A DNA stretch of 63,534 nucleotides, filler included, from Nitrospinota bacterium (lineage in GTDB: Bacteria; JAUXIQ01), in assembly GCA_030620925.1 (NCBI GenBank). It is 13 parts of 13 records of this genome, joined end to end, with 100 filler letters (N's around TTAATTAATTAA, not from the genome) between each part and the next. Parts side by side here need not be neighbours in the genome. Positions count along the whole stretch, not along the records: positions 35,166 to 41,289 come from JAUXIQ010000134.1; positions 41,390 to 43,982 come from JAUXIQ010000432.1; positions 44,083 to 48,505 come from JAUXIQ010000218.1; positions 48,606 to 57,665 come from JAUXIQ010000054.1; 9 more parts are not named here. The stretch is one strand, 5' to 3'. Position 1 is the first letter of the stretch. Every line of letters starts with the position of its first letter. The notes below the pieces were generated by a model. The model did not search any database. It saw only the letters and a list, made by a program, of their open reading frames with translations, and was not told where the DNA came from. Shown piece after piece: positions 39,990 through 49,346 of the stretch. A program made the position numbers and the translations under genes.

Positions 39990-40101
39990 GGTAATATCCC
40001 TCTACGTAGGTTACATCGAGATGTTTATCTTGCGGAGGGCATTTAAACTGCGAGAGACTATTGCGCCGTTAGAGACCGGCCTCGGAGTCGGGCCAGGTCG
40101 C

Positions 40102-41058
40102 TTACATGCTCCTGCGGAAATAATCAAAGGTTCTTGACAGGCCTTCACTGAAGTCTACTTTCACCTCGTAGCCGATCTGCGCCCTCGCTCTGGATATATC
40201 CGCCACGCTGCATCTGATGTCTCCAGGCCTGGCCTCGGTATACTCTCTGGCTAGCTCTCTTCCCAAAACGGCTTCCAGATGCACCACTAAATCATCGATG
40301 GTTATGCGTGCTCCGCATGCAACGTTGAACACCTCTCCCCCGATACCCTTTATATCGGCAACCGATATATTTGCCTGAACCACATTGTCCACGTAGGTGA
40401 AATCGCGGCTCTGTTCACCGTCCCCATGTATTTCGAGGGGCTCCCCCTTCAGGGCCTGCCCGATGAATTTCGGAATGACCGCAGCGTATCGGGACTGCGG
40501 GTCCTGACTGGGGCCGAATACGTTGAAATAGCGCAGGCTGACGGTCTCCAGACCATACTCTTCTGCGAATACCTTGCAATACTGCTCGCCGGCCAGCTTT
40601 GAGATGGCATAGGGAGAAGCCGGGAGGAGAGCCTGTGTCTCAATCTTAGGTGCATCGCCTGAATTACCGTATATAGACGACGAAGAGGCATAGACCAGCC
40701 GATTTACTCCGGCATTGCGTGCCGCTAAAAGCAGGTTTAAAGTTCCTCTTATATTAACATCGTTGGTATAGGTAGGGTCTTCTAGGGACCTGGGCACAGA
40801 CCCTATGGCCGCCAGATGGAAAACAAGTTGAGCATCCCGGCAAGCCTCCAGGCAGTTTTCCTCATCCAGCAGGTCGCCCTCTATCAGCTCCACCAGCCCT
40901 TTGCCTACCACGTCCCCCAGGTCCGGGAAGACCAGGTTCTCCTTCCTGCCCGTGCTGAAGTTATCCAGCACCCGCACCCTGCGGCCCTGCTCGACCAGCG
41001 CCTCCACTAAATTAGAGCCTATGAATCCGGCTCCTCCGGTAATAAGATATATGCTCAT
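40102..41058 (-). CDS. NAD-dependent nucleotide-sugar epimerase (WbpP-like extended SDR)
   Basis: TGGAGFIGS, HLAAIGSVPRS, ASSSSIYG, PYAISK, RYFNVFGP. Start corrected to ATG 41058. Confidence 0.92.
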   Translation of the reverse strand: MSIYLITGGAGFIGSNLVEALVEQGRRVRVLDNFSTGRKENLVFPDLGDVVGKGLVELIEGDLLDEENCLEACRDAQLVFHLAAIGSVPRSLEDPTYTNDVNIRGTLNLLLAARNAGVNRLVYASSSSIYGNSGDAPKIETQALLPASPYAISKLAGEQYCKVFAEEYGLETVSLRYFNVFGPSQDPQSRYAAVIPKFIGQALKGEPLEIHGDGEQSRDFTYVDNVVQANISVADIKGIGGEVFNVACGARITIDDLVVHLEAVLGRELAREYTEARPGDIRCSVADISRARAQIGYEVKVDFSEGLSRTFDYFRRSM

Positions 41059-41289
41059 TACTCTAACCTTAGCTAAAATCCGCCCTTTAGTATTAGTACC
41101 GTTTCCTTGAACCGGGCCGTGCGGGAAATTATCTCTTCTTATAACCCGTAATACACCTACAACAGAAATCACCCGGGATAAATTCAAATAAGTGGTTACG
41201 GGTTTCAGTTGAATTATCCGATAGCAAAGATATCAAGCAGCGGAACACACTGAAACACTACAGAATAATGGAGGGATTCCTTCCCTCGA

Positions 41290-41389
41290 NNNNNNNNNNN
41301 NNNNNNNNNNNNNNNNNNNNNNNNNNNNNNNNNTTAATTAATTAANNNNNNNNNNNNNNNNNNNNNNNNNNNNNNNNNNNNNNNNNNNN
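41290..41389. other. Artificial contig spacer
   Basis: N44-TTAATTAATTAA-N44. Confidence 0.99.
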
Positions 41390-41801
41390 GGGGGAACGGG
41401 TCTACGAATTTTCCGAGTTTCTGGTGAAGGTGCTGAAGGTGGAGGAGGTAAAGTGCACCTATTCGGGCAGGGTGACTTACCACCATGCCTGCCACCTCCT
41501 CAGAGAGCTGGGAATAGAGGACGAGCCTCTGCGGCTGCTCAAAAGCGTGCAGGGTCTCCAGTACGTGGAGATGCAAAAAGCCGACCAATGCTGCGGATTC
41601 GGGGGGGCGTTCTCCATCCGCTACCCCGAGATATCGCAGGCTATCGTGGACGACAAAATAGCTCAGATAAAACAATCCGAGGCGGATACCGTGGTGACCA
41701 ACGACACGGGCTGCATCATGAACCTGTCCAGCCGGATTAACCGGTTGGGGGAGCGAATCAAGGTGCTTCATCTGGCCGAGCTGCTGGCCGGTATCGAATA
41801 A
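41390..41801 (+). CDS. lutA: Lactate utilization protein A (CCG domain), 5' truncated
   Basis: YHHACHLLR, QCCGFGGAFS, DTGCIMN, HLAELL. Confidence 0.9.
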
Positions 41802-41838
41802 TGGAAAACTTTAACTCCAGGGTATAGGGGGGCACGGT

Positions 41839-43269
41839 TTGTCCCGAGGTCAGGATAGCTTCAAGCAGAGATACAACAGAGCCCTCGACGAGGAATTTCT
41901 CCAGGAAGCCCTGGAGAGGGCTACCACCCGCTTCAGGCTCGGGCGCAGCCTGAGCCTGGAAGACATAGAAGACTTCGACGCCCTGCGCCAGCAGGGAAAA
42001 GAGATAAAAGAATACGCCCTGGCCCAGTTGGACGTGAATTTGGGCGCCCTGGCCAACCGCGTGGAAGAGGCCGGAGGCAAGGTTTTCTGGGCCCAGACGG
42101 GTGAGGAGGCCAATAAATATATCGCCGACCTGGCCGCCGACAAAGGGATCAAGCTGGCGGTCAAATCAAAGTCCATGACCACCGAGGAGATAGACCTTAA
42201 CGATTCCCTGGCCGAGGTGGGCGTGGAAGCGGTGGAAACCGACCTGGGGGAATATATCATACAACTGGCCGGGGAGAGACCTTCTCACCTCCTGGCTCCC
42301 GCCATCCATAAGACCAAGGAACAGGTCGCCGAGCTTTTCTCCGAGAAGCTGGGTGAAGACCTGCCCAACGATATCGGCGCACTCACCATGGCGGCCAGAA
42401 GAGCGCTCCGCCAGAAGTTCCTGAACGCCGACATGGGCATCACCGGCGCCAACTTCGCCGTGGCCGAGAGCGGAACAATCGTGATTATAACCAACGAGGG
42501 CAACGGCCGCCTGGCCACCTCGCTGCCGCCCGTTCACGTCGCGGTCGTGGGTATTGAAAAAGTCATCCCCACGCTGAACGACCTCTCGGTGCTGCTCAAA
42601 CTCCTGATCCGCAGCGCCGCCGGCCAGAAAATCTCCAGCTACGTGACCATGGTGTCCGGCCCCAGGAGAGGCTGGGAGATAGACGGCCCCCGGGAATTTC
42701 ACCTGGTGCTGCTGGATAACGGCCGCTCCCGCATACTGAACAGCGAATACCGGCAGTCGCTGCACTGTCTGAGATGCGGGGCCTGCCTCAACGTCTGCCC
42801 CGTCTACTGCAAGATAGGCGGCCACGCATACGGATGGGTCTATCCGGGCCCCATCGGCGCGGTTATCACGCCTCTGTATAACGGCCTGAAAGAGAATAAA
42901 GACCTGCCTCACGCCTCCACACTGTGCGGCGCCTGCATGGACGTCTGCCCGGTGATGATAGACATCCCCGAGATGCTGCTCAAACTCCGGCGGGACGAAG
43001 CGGAGCAGAAGTTCGGGGGCCTGTGGGAGAGGCTGGCCTTCAAATTCTGGAATTACGGTGTGGGAAGCGAAGGGAAATATAACTTCTTCAGCCGTCTGGG
43101 AAGGAAGATGCAGTCGCCGTTCGTCAGGAACGGGAAGATCGCCAAACCCCCATTCCCCTTTTCCAGGTGGGCGAAGGAAAGGGATTTCCCGCCCCTGGCC
43201 GAAAACTCTTTTCGTGAGCGCTGGGCCGCCATGGAAAACGACCACCCTTCTGAGGAAGCCGACGGATAG
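41839..43269 (+). CDS. lutB: Lactate utilization protein B (LUD + ferredoxin)
   Basis: KSKSMTTEEI, ETDLGEYI, NEGNGR, CLRCGACLNVCP, STLCGACMDVCP. Confidence 0.95.
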   Translation: MSRGQDSFKQRYNRALDEEFLQEALERATTRFRLGRSLSLEDIEDFDALRQQGKEIKEYALAQLDVNLGALANRVEEAGGKVFWAQTGEEANKYIADLAADKGIKLAVKSKSMTTEEIDLNDSLAEVGVEAVETDLGEYIIQLAGERPSHLLAPAIHKTKEQVAELFSEKLGEDLPNDIGALTMAARRALRQKFLNADMGITGANFAVAESGTIVIITNEGNGRLATSLPPVHVAVVGIEKVIPTLNDLSVLLKLLIRSAAGQKISSYVTMVSGPRRGWEIDGPREFHLVLLDNGRSRILNSEYRQSLHCLRCGACLNVCPVYCKIGGHAYGWVYPGPIGAVITPLYNGLKENKDLPHASTLCGACMDVCPVMIDIPEMLLKLRRDEAEQKFGGLWERLAFKFWNYGVGSEGKYNFFSRLGRKMQSPFVRNGKIAKPPFPFSRWAKERDFPPLAENSFRERWAAMENDHPSEEADG

Positions 43270-43279
43270 GAGACGGTGA

Positions 43280-43982
43280 GTGAACGATAGCGAGACCAGG
43301 GGACAAATTCTGGAAGAGGTGAGGAAAGCCCTGCTGACCGGGGAAATAGCCCCCATTGGCGGCCGCCAAAAGCCGGAAACATCCGAATCGCCCCCTTCCG
43401 CGGAGAAAATAGAGGCCCTCACCGGGAAATTCGTAGAAGAGGCGGTGCTCGTCGGCGGTCTGGTGCACCGCGCCGCGGATGCCGAAGAGGCCAGGAACCA
43501 TCTGAAAGGCATAATCGAAAAATGCAAGGCCAAACTGGTCGTTCGCTGGGATGACCCCCTTCTGGCGGAATTGGGATTGGACGACGTGATGAAAAAGGCC
43601 GGTGTGGAAGTAATCACCGAGAACCTGCGGGTTCTGGCTGACGCGGAAGAAGGGGGATATGCCCCTCCGGAGAAGATCGAAGAGGCGCGCGCCTTCGTGA
43701 AGCAAAAACTGGCCCAGGCCGATCTGGGTATAACAGGGGCACAATACGCCATCGCTGAAACGGGCACACTGGTCCTCTCGACCGGAGAGGGGCGGGGGCG
43801 CGCCGTAAGCGCTCTTCCCCCTGTGCACGTGGCGGTGGTCAAAGCGGAAAACCTGGTCTCCTCCATGGGAGAGCTTCTGCCCCTGGCAAGCGGGTCTCAA
43901 GGTAGGGATATCCCGACCATGGAAAGCTGCTTATACTTCATAACCGGTCCCAGCCGCACGGGAGACATAGAGCTTGAGCTGA
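43280..43982 (+). CDS. lutC: Lactate utilization protein C (LUD domain), 3' truncated
   Basis: AIAETGTL, SALPPVH, ITGPSRTGDIE. Confidence 0.92.
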
Positions 43983-44082
43983 NNNNNNNNNNNNNNNNNN
44001 NNNNNNNNNNNNNNNNNNNNNNNNNNTTAATTAATTAANNNNNNNNNNNNNNNNNNNNNNNNNNNNNNNNNNNNNNNNNNNN
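43983..44082. other. Artificial contig spacer
   Basis: N44-TTAATTAATTAA-N44. Confidence 0.99.
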
Positions 44083-44376
44083 ATCGGGAAAAAGGATTTT
44101 TCGTCCTTCAGGGCGGTATCCAGCAGCGATAGGAACCCCATCCGGAACGTTCTGAACGCGCAGGTCAGCTCCAAGGGCGATACCATACGGTTCGAGCTGG
44201 AAGCGGAATCGTTCCTCCGCCACATGGTACGCGTCATCGTGGGTACCATGGTGGAAGTCGGCAGAGGAAAATTGAAGCCGGAAGAAATCGTGGAAATATT
44301 GGAGGACAGGGACAGGGCGGCGGCCGGGCCCACGGCAACCGCCAGCGGATTGTATCTGGTGAAGGTGAAGTATTGA
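44083..44376 (+). CDS. truA: tRNA pseudouridine(38-40) synthase, C-terminal part (not in ORF track)
   Basis: Manual translation IGKKDFSSFR...FLRHMVRVIVG...AAGPTATASGLYLVKVKY*. Confidence 0.93.
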   Translation: MGKKDFSSFRAVSSSDRNPIRNVLNAQVSSKGDTIRFELEAESFLRHMVRVIVGTMVEVGRGKLKPEEIVEILEDRDRAAAGPTATASGLYLVKVKY

Positions 44377-44428
44377 GAAGTGGTGAGCTGATGGTCCATA
44401 CAACCGTCCACTGATAGGGGAGGGCAAT

Positions 44429-44779
44429 ATGAAGCCGACAGTGATGAAGATGTCCAGGAACGTTCAATTTTCCCGTACCATGGAGCTGGATGATTTAAAA
44501 AATCTTTTCTGGGGCTACATCGACGGCGTATTGGAGGAACTGCTAAAAAGCAGTACGTTCGATTTGCACTACTTGATGTTCCTCTTTTATTCAGGGGTAA
44601 AAACCTACTTACTCTACAGCATAACAGACCCCAAAGAACCACCTCTCTCAAGAGGATACATAGAAACGCCGGTGGGAGCGGGAACCATCGAAATCAGCGT
44701 CGTGGCCGGAGGAGTGGACTTTTCCACCATGGAAAACGCCTTTGTTAAACATGCCCTCAAGTTACAGAAGGAAGCCTGA
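44429..44779 (+). CDS. Hypothetical protein (116 aa)
   Basis: GGGAGG RBS, fills the truA-trpE gap on the same strand; no family recognised. Confidence 0.6.
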   Translation: MKPTVMKMSRNVQFSRTMELDDLKNLFWGYIDGVLEELLKSSTFDLHYLMFLFYSGVKTYLLYSITDPKEPPLSRGYIETPVGAGTIEISVVAGGVDFSTMENAFVKHALKLQKEA

Positions 44780-44817
44780 GTCCGCCTTCAGGTTGGTTCA
44801 GGGGAGGGGTGGTTTCC

Positions 44818-44846
44818 TTGACACCCTCCCTCAGTTGTGATAGTTT
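44818..44846 (+). promoter_or_regulatory. sigma70 promoter upstream of trpE
   Basis: TTGACA-17 nt-TAGTTT with extended TGn. Confidence 0.55.
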
Positions 44847-45009
44847 TCAGGCGGATCGAATATTTCCTTTACCGGCAACACTTTGCAGGCCGTTAGCTAT
44901 CGCTTTCGGTGATAGGAATAGTTATGCAGGGGCAGCCCCGCGGAACGCGGGATATGGCCTGCCCGGATGTCGGCCTTGCCGTTTTCGGCGATCAATATAG
45001 GGAATTATT

Positions 45010-46512
45010 GTGAGCACAAATAAGGACCAATTATACAAACCGTCCTATGAAGAGTTTTGCCGATTGGCTGAGAAGGGAAACCTCATACCCGTCTACAGGG
45101 AGATAATGGCGGACCTGGAGACGCCCGTCTCCGCGTTCCTCAAGATAGACAGCGGGGATTATTCCTATCTGCTGGAGAGCGTGGAAGGTGGTGAAAAATG
45201 GGGCAGGTATTGTTTTTTAGGGAGCCAACCGTCGGTCGTCTTCAAATGCAAAGGCAATCAGGTTGAAATTATACGGGATGGCATCTCCACCAAGACGGAG
45301 GTGGAAGACCCCTACCAGGCTCTCCAGGAACTCATGACCGACTACAAGGCCGTTGAGGCGCCGGAGCTCCCGCGCTTTTTCGGGGGAGCCGTGGGTTATT
45401 TGAGCTACGATATGGTCCGCTACTTCGAGGAGCTTCCCGAAGATACAGTGGACGAGCTGCAGTTTCCCGATGCCATGTTCATGATAACCGATACCATACT
45501 CATCTTCGACCATATGGCCCACAAGATTAAAGTGGTCTCCAACGCCCACGTCAAAGACGGGGACAGCAAGCAGGTCTATCAGGAGGCGGTGGACAAGGTG
45601 GAGGCCATAATCTCACGGCTCAAAGGCCCCGCCCCGGCACGCCCTTCCACGGGGCCGGTGGATGAGGCCGAAGAACCCGCGTTTTCGTCCAATTTCGAGA
45701 AGGAAAAGTTCAAGCAGGCCGTCCTGGCCGCCAAGGAATATATCAGGGAGGGGGACATCATACAGGCGGTCATTTCACAGAGATTCTCCGTGCCCATCGA
45801 TATAGACCCCCTGGATATCTACCGCGCCCTGCGCACCGTCAACCCATCCCCTTACATGTTCTTCCTGAAGCTGGAGGGCTTGCAGCTTGTGGGCTCTTCC
45901 CCTGAGGTTCTGGTGCGCCTGGAAGGAAATAAGGTGGAGCTGAGACCCATTGCCGGCACCCGCCCCCGGGGAGCCACTCCGGAGGAAGATATACGGCTCA
46001 CCGAGGAGTTGCTCGGCGACCCCAAAGAGCGGGCCGAGCACATAATGCTGGTGGATCTGGGCCGCAACGATGTGGGCAGGGTGTCAAAACTGGGCTCGGT
46101 GAAAGTGGACGAGCTGATGGTGGTGGAGAAGTATTCTCATGTGTTGCACATAGTGTCCAACGTAAGCGGTGAGTTACTGGAAGGGAAAAACTGTTTCGAC
46201 GTTTTGCGGGCCTCTTTCCCCGCGGGAACTCTCAGCGGAGCGCCCAAGATCAGGGCCATGGAGATAATCGAAGAGTTGGAGCCCTCCAAACGGGGCCCTT
46301 ACGGGGGAGCGGTGGGTTATTTCAGCTTCTCGGGCAACATGGATACCTGCATCACCATAAGAACCCTCTCCGTGTACGACGGTATGGGGTATGTCCAGGC
46401 CGGGGGAGGCATAGTGGCCGATTCAGACCCCGACTCCGAGTATCAGGAGAGCGTGAACAAGGCCACCGCACTGTTCAGGGCGGTGGAGCTGGCCAGGCGC
46501 GGACTGGAATAA
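45010..46512 (+). CDS. trpE: Anthranilate synthase component I
   Basis: LLESVEGGE, NPSPYM, SSPEVL, PIAGTRPRG, EHIMLVDLGRND, PAGTLSGAPK. Confidence 0.95.
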   Translation: MSTNKDQLYKPSYEEFCRLAEKGNLIPVYREIMADLETPVSAFLKIDSGDYSYLLESVEGGEKWGRYCFLGSQPSVVFKCKGNQVEIIRDGISTKTEVEDPYQALQELMTDYKAVEAPELPRFFGGAVGYLSYDMVRYFEELPEDTVDELQFPDAMFMITDTILIFDHMAHKIKVVSNAHVKDGDSKQVYQEAVDKVEAIISRLKGPAPARPSTGPVDEAEEPAFSSNFEKEKFKQAVLAAKEYIREGDIIQAVISQRFSVPIDIDPLDIYRALRTVNPSPYMFFLKLEGLQLVGSSPEVLVRLEGNKVELRPIAGTRPRGATPEEDIRLTEELLGDPKERAEHIMLVDLGRNDVGRVSKLGSVKVDELMVVEKYSHVLHIVSNVSGELLEGKNCFDVLRASFPAGTLSGAPKIRAMEIIEELEPSKRGPYGGAVGYFSFSGNMDTCITIRTLSVYDGMGYVQAGGGIVADSDPDSEYQESVNKATALFRAVELARRGLE

Positions 46513-46572
46513 AAAACAGACTTTCTAAGAGAGCCTTTGCTAAAAAATTCGATCCGGGCTGAGCTACTAATT

Positions 46573-46599
46573 AAAAAAAATACCAGATCATTTGGTATT
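46573..46599 (-). terminator. Probable intrinsic terminator of the sirtuin gene
   Basis: Minus strand AATACCAAATGATCTGGTATT hairpin running into a T-tract, just after the stop. Confidence 0.45.
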
Positions 46600-46607
46600 A
46601 CCTTTTA

Positions 46608-47393
46608 TTAAACTCTTTCCCTCACTGCTTCAACCAGCAAAGGAAGTATTTCGCCGGGGTTACCACGAAGTGAAACATCGCAAGAAAGGGAGATGGCCGT
46701 CTGGGCAGGGTTAATTTCCACTAACCTGCCTCCCTCCTGTTTAACCATTTGGGGCAGGGCGGCGGCAGGATAAATCTCGGCGGAAGAGCCCACCACTATC
46801 ATCATGTCCGACTTGGCAGCTTCTTCGTTACACTGTTCCAGCACGTCTTCCGGTATGGGCTCGCCGAAATGGACCACATCGGTTTTCACGAAGCCCTGGC
46901 ATTCGGGACATTTTGGTGGATTGTTGGAATCGGCGAACTTTTCCCGCTCAAATCTTATTCCACACTGGCCGCATCTCATCTTAAAAATATTGCCGTGGAT
47001 TTCGACCAGATGCTTTAATCCTACTTTCCTGTACAGGTTATCCGGAGACTCCGTGACCAGAAATTTAAGGACCTCCAACTCCTCCAGCTCTTTCATGGCA
47101 AAGTGAACGGGATTGGGCGCAGCCGTTTCCTGGCGCTCGCGCCTTATCCTGAAATACTCGGGAGGGTCTTGATAAAGTTGCCAGTAAGCGTGGGGGTCTT
47201 CTTTGAAAAGCTCATAACCCTGTAGATATTTTTCTATATCAGGGTCCCATCTCTCATCATCAGAAAGCTTAAAGGGGGGGACGCCGCTTTCGGCCGATAC
47301 GGCGTGTCCTGAGAGGGCAGTGAAGTATTTGGTCACTGAGATAAAATCAGCTACTGTTTCGATGAGTCTTTTCTCGACTTCTGGAACGCTCAT
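46608..47393 (-). CDS. Sir2/CobB-family protein with degenerate NAD-binding motifs
   Basis: SAESGVPPF, EIHGN, CGQC...CPEC Zn ribbon, VVHFGEP, GSSAEIYPAA, EINP. Confidence 0.88.
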   Translation of the reverse strand: MSVPEVEKRLIETVADFISVTKYFTALSGHAVSAESGVPPFKLSDDERWDPDIEKYLQGYELFKEDPHAYWQLYQDPPEYFRIRRERQETAAPNPVHFAMKELEELEVLKFLVTESPDNLYRKVGLKHLVEIHGNIFKMRCGQCGIRFEREKFADSNNPPKCPECQGFVKTDVVHFGEPIPEDVLEQCNEEAAKSDMMIVVGSSAEIYPAAALPQMVKQEGGRLVEINPAQTAISLSCDVSLRGNPGEILPLLVEAVRERV

Positions 47394-47776
47394 CACAATC
47401 ACCCAAATCCTGAAAAGTTATTCTTTCACCATCCGGCGCGACGATTGGCAGGGATTTATCTCGAAATGCGTTCCCGTTCTTAATACTATAAACTCCTATA
47501 AAACTTATCAAGGGAAAACGGCATCTGTTGAGCAGCGTCGGGAATCCTTCGCCGGGTTGAGGCGGGCGGGGAAGCGACCCTAAGTCCTGCGGCGGCCGCT
47601 GAGAACATCAAAGCACGGCTCCGAATATTTAAAGTTTCAAAAGCGTCTATTATTAGTGAAAAGGGCCCCGCAAGAAGTTTGTATAAACAGTGGCCGCGGA
47701 GAAGAGTGTATATATATTTAAATTTAGATGCGGCGAGTATAGGAATATGTTTGGACATGCAGGAGGAAATCGAAAA

Positions 47777-48397
47777 ATGAACAAAAGTAGTATATTATTG
47801 GTAGCCTTCGTCGTCTTGAGCATGGTCGCTCTGGGTTGTACTGCAACTACCACGCAGAAAGGCGCAGCCATAGGCGCCATCGGCGGGGCATTGATCGGCC
47901 AGGCTGCCGGCCGCGACACCAAGAGCACGATTATCGGCGCCGCCGCCGGGGGACTTACCGGAGCCCTGGTAGGTGACGTGATACAGCAGGAGCAGTTAGC
48001 CCGCGCAGAGGCAGAGAGGGAAGCCGCCGAAGCTCACAGGGAACTGGACGCACTGCGATCCGAAGAGAGGCAGCCGGCAAAAACCGCGGTGACCTACCCC
48101 CAGGGCCAGTATCAGCATGACCCCACGGTGGGGGAATTCACCAACAATACCCCATGGGAAGTCAAGGTCTTCGTGGATGCTCCCACCAACGACCTGCAGA
48201 GGGTTCCCCACCTGGCACTGGGACCCTATGAGACCGCACCCGCCAACCTGGATATCGGGGAACATCGGGTGAGCGCCACCGCCTACGTGAAGACCCAGTA
48301 CGGTGAAAGGCTGGTAGGTCGGTATGAGAGTCGGCTCTACGTTGATCCAAGGGATCGCGGTTGGAGAGTGAACTTCAAGGACAAGTCATTCAATTGA
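47777..48397 (+). CDS. Glycine-zipper lipoprotein
   Basis: AGGAGG RBS, lipobox ALGC, GAAIGAIGGALIG...GAAAGGLTGALVG, coiled coil, beta-rich C-terminus. Confidence 0.82.
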   Translation: MNKSSILLVAFVVLSMVALGCTATTTQKGAAIGAIGGALIGQAAGRDTKSTIIGAAAGGLTGALVGDVIQQEQLARAEAEREAAEAHRELDALRSEERQPAKTAVTYPQGQYQHDPTVGEFTNNTPWEVKVFVDAPTNDLQRVPHLALGPYETAPANLDIGEHRVSATAYVKTQYGERLVGRYESRLYVDPRDRGWRVNFKDKSFN

Positions 48398-48505
48398 GCC
48401 CGGCGGGGCACCATCTGCTGCGACGCCTGATCAGTGACGCAGGGTATCATTCGCAGAGATGATATTTTGCACCTATCGATGGGTCGGCGACTGTCAAATA
48501 ACGGG

Positions 48506-48605
48506 NNNNNNNNNNNNNNNNNNNNNNNNNNNNNNNNNNNNNNNNNNNNTTAATTAATTAANNNNNNNNNNNNNNNNNNNNNNNNNNNNNNNNNNNNNNN
48601 NNNNN
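48506..48605. other. Artificial contig spacer
   Basis: N44-TTAATTAATTAA-N44. Confidence 0.99.
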
Positions 48606-48703
48606 CAGGGTCAGCGTAGAGAGATAATCGGAAACGATTGCTTCGGCGAACCGGAAAGGGGAATGGAACATCAACAGGCGGTTAGAGAAAATGGAGAGGT
48701 GCC

Positions 48704-49264
48704 TTGGCCATTAACAAACGTGATAGAACGGCCATCAAATTGGGGGTGGCCGTCGTGGCCGCTCTCCTGCTTTACCTGTTGGCGGTAGAGCCCTGGGTTG
48801 AGAGGCAGCAGCGTGTAAGGGATCAGTTTGAGGCCAAGACTATTCTTCTTCAAAAATACCGGAGCGTGTTGAGCCAGCGTGAGACGCTGGAGGAGGAGCT
48901 GGAGCTGCTGAAAGGCACGCTGGACAACCTGGAAGGCAAGCTGCTGGGGGGCAAAAAACCTCCACTGGCCGCGGCGGAGCTGCAGAAAATCCTCAAATCG
49001 GCCGCCGAGCAGGCCGGTGTTAAAATTGTGAGCGAGCGCATCCTCGATCCCGTGGTGCGGGGCCATTACATGGAAGTTCCCGTGGAGATAAACATTAAGT
49101 GCAACGTAACCAAGTTTGCACTGCTCCTTTTCGAGATAGAGAAGTCCCCCAAGTACCTTTCAGTAAAAGAGATGAACGTGAGGGGAGACCACAGGTTAAA
49201 CCCCAAGGAAGTGAGCGGAAAACTGGTAATCACAGGCCTCATAAGGAACCCGGAGTCGATTTGA
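48704..49264 (+). CDS. Type II secretion GspM / PilO-like protein
   Basis: NKRDR + single TM + coiled coil + LLFEIE..P.YL.V ferredoxin-like domain; upstream of a secretin. Confidence 0.8.
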   Translation: MAINKRDRTAIKLGVAVVAALLLYLLAVEPWVERQQRVRDQFEAKTILLQKYRSVLSQRETLEEELELLKGTLDNLEGKLLGGKKPPLAAAELQKILKSAAEQAGVKIVSERILDPVVRGHYMEVPVEINIKCNVTKFALLLFEIEKSPKYLSVKEMNVRGDHRLNPKEVSGKLVITGLIRNPESI

Positions 49265-49346
49265 TACGGATACAGGATATAATAAAGACCACCTTGGGAT
49301 ATTGTCGTTTCATGAGCGATAAAACATGCTTAATCGGCGGTGAACC

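Noticed and set aside
42166-43866. Long antisense ORFs (566 aa here; also 3135-4247, 8892-9839, 17276-18259, 22057-23292, 58032-59099)
   Set aside because: Shadow frames opposite well-supported genes, expected from GC-rich codon bias; no motifs.
47504-47620. SAM-I riboswitch (CTTATCAAG) or raiA motif (TAAGTCCTGC) similarity
   Set aside because: Only 9-10-nt matches; the other conserved elements (e.g. GCAACC, GTGC, closing GATAA/GATGA) are not in the expected arrangement. Kept only as an unassigned structured candidate.
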